A stretch of 28,658 nt of DNA from positions 1-28,658 of the IMG/VR virus record IMGVR_UViG_3300048598_000477. One strand, 5' to 3'. A program made the translations under genes and the position numbers. The stretch is from a virus. Taxonomy: Duplodnaviria; Caudoviricetes. Positions 24,825-28,658 of the stretch are shown here, piece by piece. The first letter of the stretch is position 1. Each line of letters starts with the position of its first letter. The notes under the pieces were generated by a model. That model worked only from the letters and a program-made list of their open reading frames with translations. It did not search any database and was not told the DNA's origin.

Positions 24825-27089
24825 TCATCCCAGTAGCTCCTTCACCACCCCTATCACCATCTCCCTCAGTTCCTCTTTTCCCCCTTGCGCCTCTTTCAGG
24901 GCCTTGAGCTTCTCCACCTGGAGGTGGGCCGCTTTGACCTGGAGCTCGGTCTGTTTTATCTCGAGCTTCTTTGCCTCGTTCTGTGTCTTGAGCATCATCA
25001 CCTGGGCCTGGGGCGCGGGTGGCAGGGGCTTGGACGGCTCTTCCCCGGGCTCGGGCTCCACCATGCCTGCCGGCAGGGTTTTCCTGTAGCGCTTGGCGAG
25101 CTCGGAGGCGCCTTCGAAGTCCTGGTTGGCGTAGACAAGGTCCGGGCCGATCATGAAGAGGCGCCTGTCGATGGCGGCGAGCTTGAGGAGCGATTCCCCC
25201 GCCTCCTGCCGCTGGGTCGCGTAGTTCGGCCCCGTGTCGATCATGACCTCGAAATGACCGGAGGACATGCTGTTATAGAGGGCGCCGTGGCCATTGGCCT
25301 TCACGAACCGGTTGAGCCTTCCCGTCTCCTGCGTCTGGGCGGTTGTGCTCGCGAGGCCGTAGACGCCGAGGTTTGCCTTCGTGTGCTCCACGAGGTCGCC
25401 CGCGGGGATGTTGATGGGCACGAACTGGCCGGTGCCGTCTTCCTTGTGCATCCTGATGTCCCGCCGGGTATCATACACCTCGGGGATCATGGAGTTGACG
25501 ATGCGGCCGGAGTGCTGGATGGCCCGGTTGAGGTTGTCGACGAAGACGAAGGTGCCGATGTCGCCCGGCTTCTGTATCTGCCGGATGGCAATGCCCGACC
25601 TCTCGGGCCCTATCTCGCCCAAGTCCCGGTTTCCCATGCCGATGGCCTTGCGCACCATCCCTTCTGCCTGCTGCACTTCGGCGAGGAGCGCGGCAGGGAC
25701 AGGCGCGGTCGGTTCCCTGGTCGGCTTTGTCACGGGCGCGTCGGGGTCGACGTTGTACTTGAGGAACGGCATGTTCTCGACATTGGCCACGGCATAGTCC
25801 TTCTCGTACCCCTTGAACTGCTTTGCCGTGCCGATATAGGGGTTCTTCGGGGCGAGGCTGATCACCTCGGCGGTCGCCGTGATCCAGTAGTTGTAGTATT
25901 TCTGCGGGTCGATGGCGTTCGCGATGAGGGAGCGCACGCGGGTCTCTCCCTCCACGTTGTACTCCTTGCCCTTCGCCACAACGATGGGGATGAACTCACC
26001 CGGGATAGCCTGCTTCCCTTCGAGGATCTCCGAGTCGCTCATCACGTAACGGTAGACCTTGGGGACATCGGACTCCTTCTCCTCGGTAATGGAAAGAGGA
26101 GGCGCCTCCAGTTGGGGGGACGTTCCTCTGAAGGAGGTGTGTCCCCCTTCAAATCCTGATGACATGCCCCCTTCCAGTCCGGCCTGTTCGAGGAGCCGCG
26201 CCTGTTGCGCTTCCCATTGCGCCTTTGCTTCCTCGACGGTCCTGTCCGCCTCTTCCTTTTCCATTACCCGGCCGTCCGACATGAGGCAGAACGTCTTCTT
26301 CTCTTCCTCCACCACGTAGTACTCGGCCACGGTGACCGACCCCTTGTCGTAGGCGCGCTCCCGCGTCATTCCGGCCGTTGCCGTCGTAGGATCGGAAGAA
26401 ACCGCCTTGCCGGGGTATTTCTCCTTGAACTCCTTTTCGCTCATCTTCTCGAGGATGAAGCCGAATTTTGCGTCCGCATACTGGGCGTCCCGGGCGTCCG
26501 GGTCCATGAGCACTGTCAAAGGGTTCTTTATCCGTTCGAGGTAGATTTCCTGAATAAACGGGTTATCCTTGCAGTACCGGGTGAGGACGCGCCAGGCGCC
26601 GTATGCGCCGCGACACTGCATCTCGTGTGCGTAGTCGTAGATCGCCTCGGCATTGCTCACGTACTCCACTTCCCGGATGATGCCCGCCCTGATGTCGGCG
26701 AGCTTCTGGTCACCCCCTGCGCTCACGGACCTCACCTTGACCCGGGCGTGGTTGTGGCGCGCGTCGCCCACCGCCTGCATGATGGAGGCTTCCAGGAGGT
26801 TGCCGGTGAGGACAGGTCGGCCCCTTTGCGTGCGGCGACTCTTCTCCTTGTCGTCCCACTGGTCGCCGTCAGACATGCGCAGGGAGAGCACCGCCGCTTC
26901 CCGGTTAGACCTCTCCGCGGCAACGGCTTTCTTCAAACGCTTTTTGTATTCTTCGATGAAATCGGAGGAATCGGAGGAAACGCGAAAGTCGAAACGCGAA
27001 TCGCGAAACGAACGGCCTTCATTTCCTTTTTCGCGATCCGTCTCCTTCACTGCCCGACCTCCGTTTTCAGACTCGAATACTCCCGTCAT
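24825..27089 (-). CDS. Portal protein (P22 gp1-like)
   Basis: GDQWD...R...GRPVLT.N, G.IR.VE..SNAE..YD.A...GAYGAWRV, FIPIV...G, DPQ..YNYW, APKNP, SG.AI..., DTGPNYATQRQE. Follows the terminase gene. Confidence 0.93.
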   Translation of the reverse strand: MTGVFESENGGRAVKETDREKGNEGRSFRDSRFDFRVSSDSSDFIEEYKKRLKKAVAAERSNREAAVLSLRMSDGDQWDDKEKSRRTQRGRPVLTGNLLEASIMQAVGDARHNHARVKVRSVSAGGDQKLADIRAGIIREVEYVSNAEAIYDYAHEMQCRGAYGAWRVLTRYCKDNPFIQEIYLERIKNPLTVLMDPDARDAQYADAKFGFILEKMSEKEFKEKYPGKAVSSDPTTATAGMTRERAYDKGSVTVAEYYVVEEEKKTFCLMSDGRVMEKEEADRTVEEAKAQWEAQQARLLEQAGLEGGMSSGFEGGHTSFRGTSPQLEAPPLSITEEKESDVPKVYRYVMSDSEILEGKQAIPGEFIPIVVAKGKEYNVEGETRVRSLIANAIDPQKYYNYWITATAEVISLAPKNPYIGTAKQFKGYEKDYAVANVENMPFLKYNVDPDAPVTKPTREPTAPVPAALLAEVQQAEGMVRKAIGMGNRDLGEIGPERSGIAIRQIQKPGDIGTFVFVDNLNRAIQHSGRIVNSMIPEVYDTRRDIRMHKEDGTGQFVPINIPAGDLVEHTKANLGVYGLASTTAQTQETGRLNRFVKANGHGALYNSMSSGHFEVMIDTGPNYATQRQEAGESLLKLAAIDRRLFMIGPDLVYANQDFEGASELAKRYRKTLPAGMVEPEPGEEPSKPLPPAPQAQVMMLKTQNEAKKLEIKQTELQVKAAHLQVEKLKALKEAQGGKEELREMVIGVVKELLG

Positions 27090-27125
27090 ATGACCCCTTC
27101 TTGCGCTCGCCTTTCCTCAGTCTTT

Positions 27126-27274
27126 CGCCCTTTCCGTTTCCCATTTCGACTCGCGCGGTTGCCTTTCGCGTCCGTCGTCCGAGTGAGCGAAGCGAACGGT
27201 CGTCCATCGTCCGTCGGTCTTTCGCCTTCCCGTTTCCCGTTTCCCGTTTCGCGTTTCGAGTTTCGACTTTCGCT
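27126..27274. repeat. TCGTCC-family repeat plus seven-unit heptamer array
   Basis: cttcccg-tttcccg-tttcccg-tttcgcg-tttcgag-tttcgac-tttcgct at 27226-27274. An inverted partner lies at 26981-27008, inside the 5' end of the portal ORF. Confidence 0.8.
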
Positions 27275-27284
27275 ATTGTTTTCA

Positions 27285-28658
27285 TCACCATCTCCCCGAC
27301 AGATCGATCGAGTCGAGAACGGACTCGACCGACCGGTCCTCTTCTTCCCGGCGGAAGCCGATGGCTCCCGTGCGGAAGGCATCGGCGGCGTGGGAACACC
27401 AGTTGTGGGCCGGACGGTTGGCGAGCTTCTTCTTCTCTCCGTCGTATTCCGCCTGGTAGCCTTCCAGCGCGCTCAGGCCGTGGGCGCACCTCGCTTCATC
27501 GAACCAGGACTGGGCCAGCAGGTTGCGGCAGGCAGGGATGTGAACCTGGACGACGGTATCGATGTTCTTTGCGCGGGGCACGACGACGACAGGGCGCAGG
27601 CCAAGGCCCTCAGCAATCTCGCGGCGGCTCTTGGCAATCTCCCCCGAGGACATTTCCCGGACGTCTGCATCGTGAGGCATGTAGTGGTTTCCGTACACAT
27701 AGGGCTTCTCCTTGAGCACCTTTGCGTAGTGTTCGAGGCCGTATCCCGAGGCCTCGTAGTAGTCGACGAACCGGAATTCCTTACCCACCACCTGAACGAA
27801 CCAGATCGACATGGAATCGTCGACGCCCAGGTCCCACCACGTGTCGACTTCCACGGAAGGGGCATGGGGCACGCTGCCGATGCGCCCTTCCTCTCGCGCA
27901 CGGGAAAGCTGCTTCGCGTAATAGGCGCCGAGGACCGCCCCTTCGAACGAGCAGAAATACTCCTGGCGGAAGAGCGCGTCCCCCTGCTCTTCGCCGTACA
28001 CCGAGACGAGGTTCACCCTGATCCTCTCGAGCCCTTCAGGAGTGAAGACCGGCGTCTTGTCGGCGCTCATCACCTCCCCGAACCAGCCCGGAGTGCCCTG
28101 GGCGGTTGCGAGCATGGTGCGGCCGTGGTTATTACCGCGGGGTGTGTAGATGAAGAGGGCCCAGCCGTCGTTGCGCTCGAGGATCGGCGAGAGGTAAGCC
28201 CAAGCCTGCGGCTTGGCGAGGGCCCACTCGGAGAAAGTGATGCCCACGGGGGAGGAACCGACGAGGGAGTCGTAGTTGTCGGACCCGACGAGCTGCCACG
28301 TGGAGCCATTGGTGAACTCGATCGCCATCTCCTGGTCCCGGGTTCTCGTCCGCATCCCGTCGGGAAAGGCCTCGTCGATGCGGCGCAGGCCCGTGTCCTC
28401 GTTGACCGCGGTCCAGAGGGACTTGCGCGCCTGACCGTACTCGGGCAGCATGTGCCAGTAATTGCCGGCGCGCAGGTAAGATGCGCACGAGGCCCAACGC
28501 AGGGCGATGTCGTCCTTGCCCCAGCGGCGGTGGGCCACCTCGACCGCCCGCTTCCCCCCGCTGAGTAGGTAATCCCACAGGCGGGCCTGGTCCGGCCGGG
28601 GGCTCCAGCGATAGGGGAAGTCGACAAACCTCTTCGATCGGGCCTCAGTCAATGACAT
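27285..28658 (-). CDS. terL: Terminase large subunit
   Basis: PRPDQ, AHRRWGKD (Walker A variant), GITFSEWA (Walker B), IYTPRG, nuclease WDLGVDD, MPHDAD and P.HNWCSHAADAFR. Confidence 0.95.
   Translation of the reverse strand: MSLTEARSKRFVDFPYRWSPRPDQARLWDYLLSGGKRAVEVAHRRWGKDDIALRWASCASYLRAGNYWHMLPEYGQARKSLWTAVNEDTGLRRIDEAFPDGMRTRTRDQEMAIEFTNGSTWQLVGSDNYDSLVGSSPVGITFSEWALAKPQAWAYLSPILERNDGWALFIYTPRGNNHGRTMLATAQGTPGWFGEVMSADKTPVFTPEGLERIRVNLVSVYGEEQGDALFRQEYFCSFEGAVLGAYYAKQLSRAREEGRIGSVPHAPSVEVDTWWDLGVDDSMSIWFVQVVGKEFRFVDYYEASGYGLEHYAKVLKEKPYVYGNHYMPHDADVREMSSGEIAKSRREIAEGLGLRPVVVVPRAKNIDTVVQVHIPACRNLLAQSWFDEARCAHGLSALEGYQAEYDGEKKKLANRPAHNWCSHAADAFRTGAIGFRREEEDRSVESVLDSIDLSGRW

Noticed and set aside
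26105-26150. Hairpin gggggac...gtccccc within a variable portal loop
   Set aside because: Single occurrence with no promoter or repeat link; plausible by chance at this GC content.
22125-27274. CRISPR array
   Set aside because: Repeats are degenerate heptamer-based and dispersed, with no regular repeat-spacer period and no cas genes.
26205-28568. 787-aa plus-strand ORF and other long antisense ORFs (e.g. 19448-21025, 23345-24661, 24885-26159)
   Set aside because: Shadow ORFs of GC-rich genes on the opposite strand, with no recognisable motifs.

Overview
Almost the whole window is the minus-strand late operon of a P22-like (short-tailed) phage or prophage. In order it encodes large terminase, portal, scaffolding protein, coat, gp4- and gp10-like head/tail connectors, ejection proteins, tail-fibre proteins and a lysis cassette, and it converges on a plus-strand CatB/Vat-like acetyltransferase gene at the left edge. 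Several modifying enzymes are interleaved with the structural genes: a glycosyltransferase, a radical SAM enzyme, a cupin-SET fusion, an ATP-grasp ligase and an amber-interrupted methyltransferase. The most notable feature occurs twice. Two unrelated proteins end in BECR-fold (PBECR-like) RNase domains (22790-24655 and 7768-9324) and have no recognisable protein immunity gene. Each is instead followed by two tandem, convergent cassettes made of a sigma70-type promoter plus a 60-100 nt multi-stem RNA. This suggests a candidate nuclease/structured-RNA antitoxin system with diverged 'orphan' RNA copies. Heptamer-based intergenic repeats and several other structured non-coding elements are also present. 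All family assignments come from motif recognition by eye; no database searches or folding programs were run.
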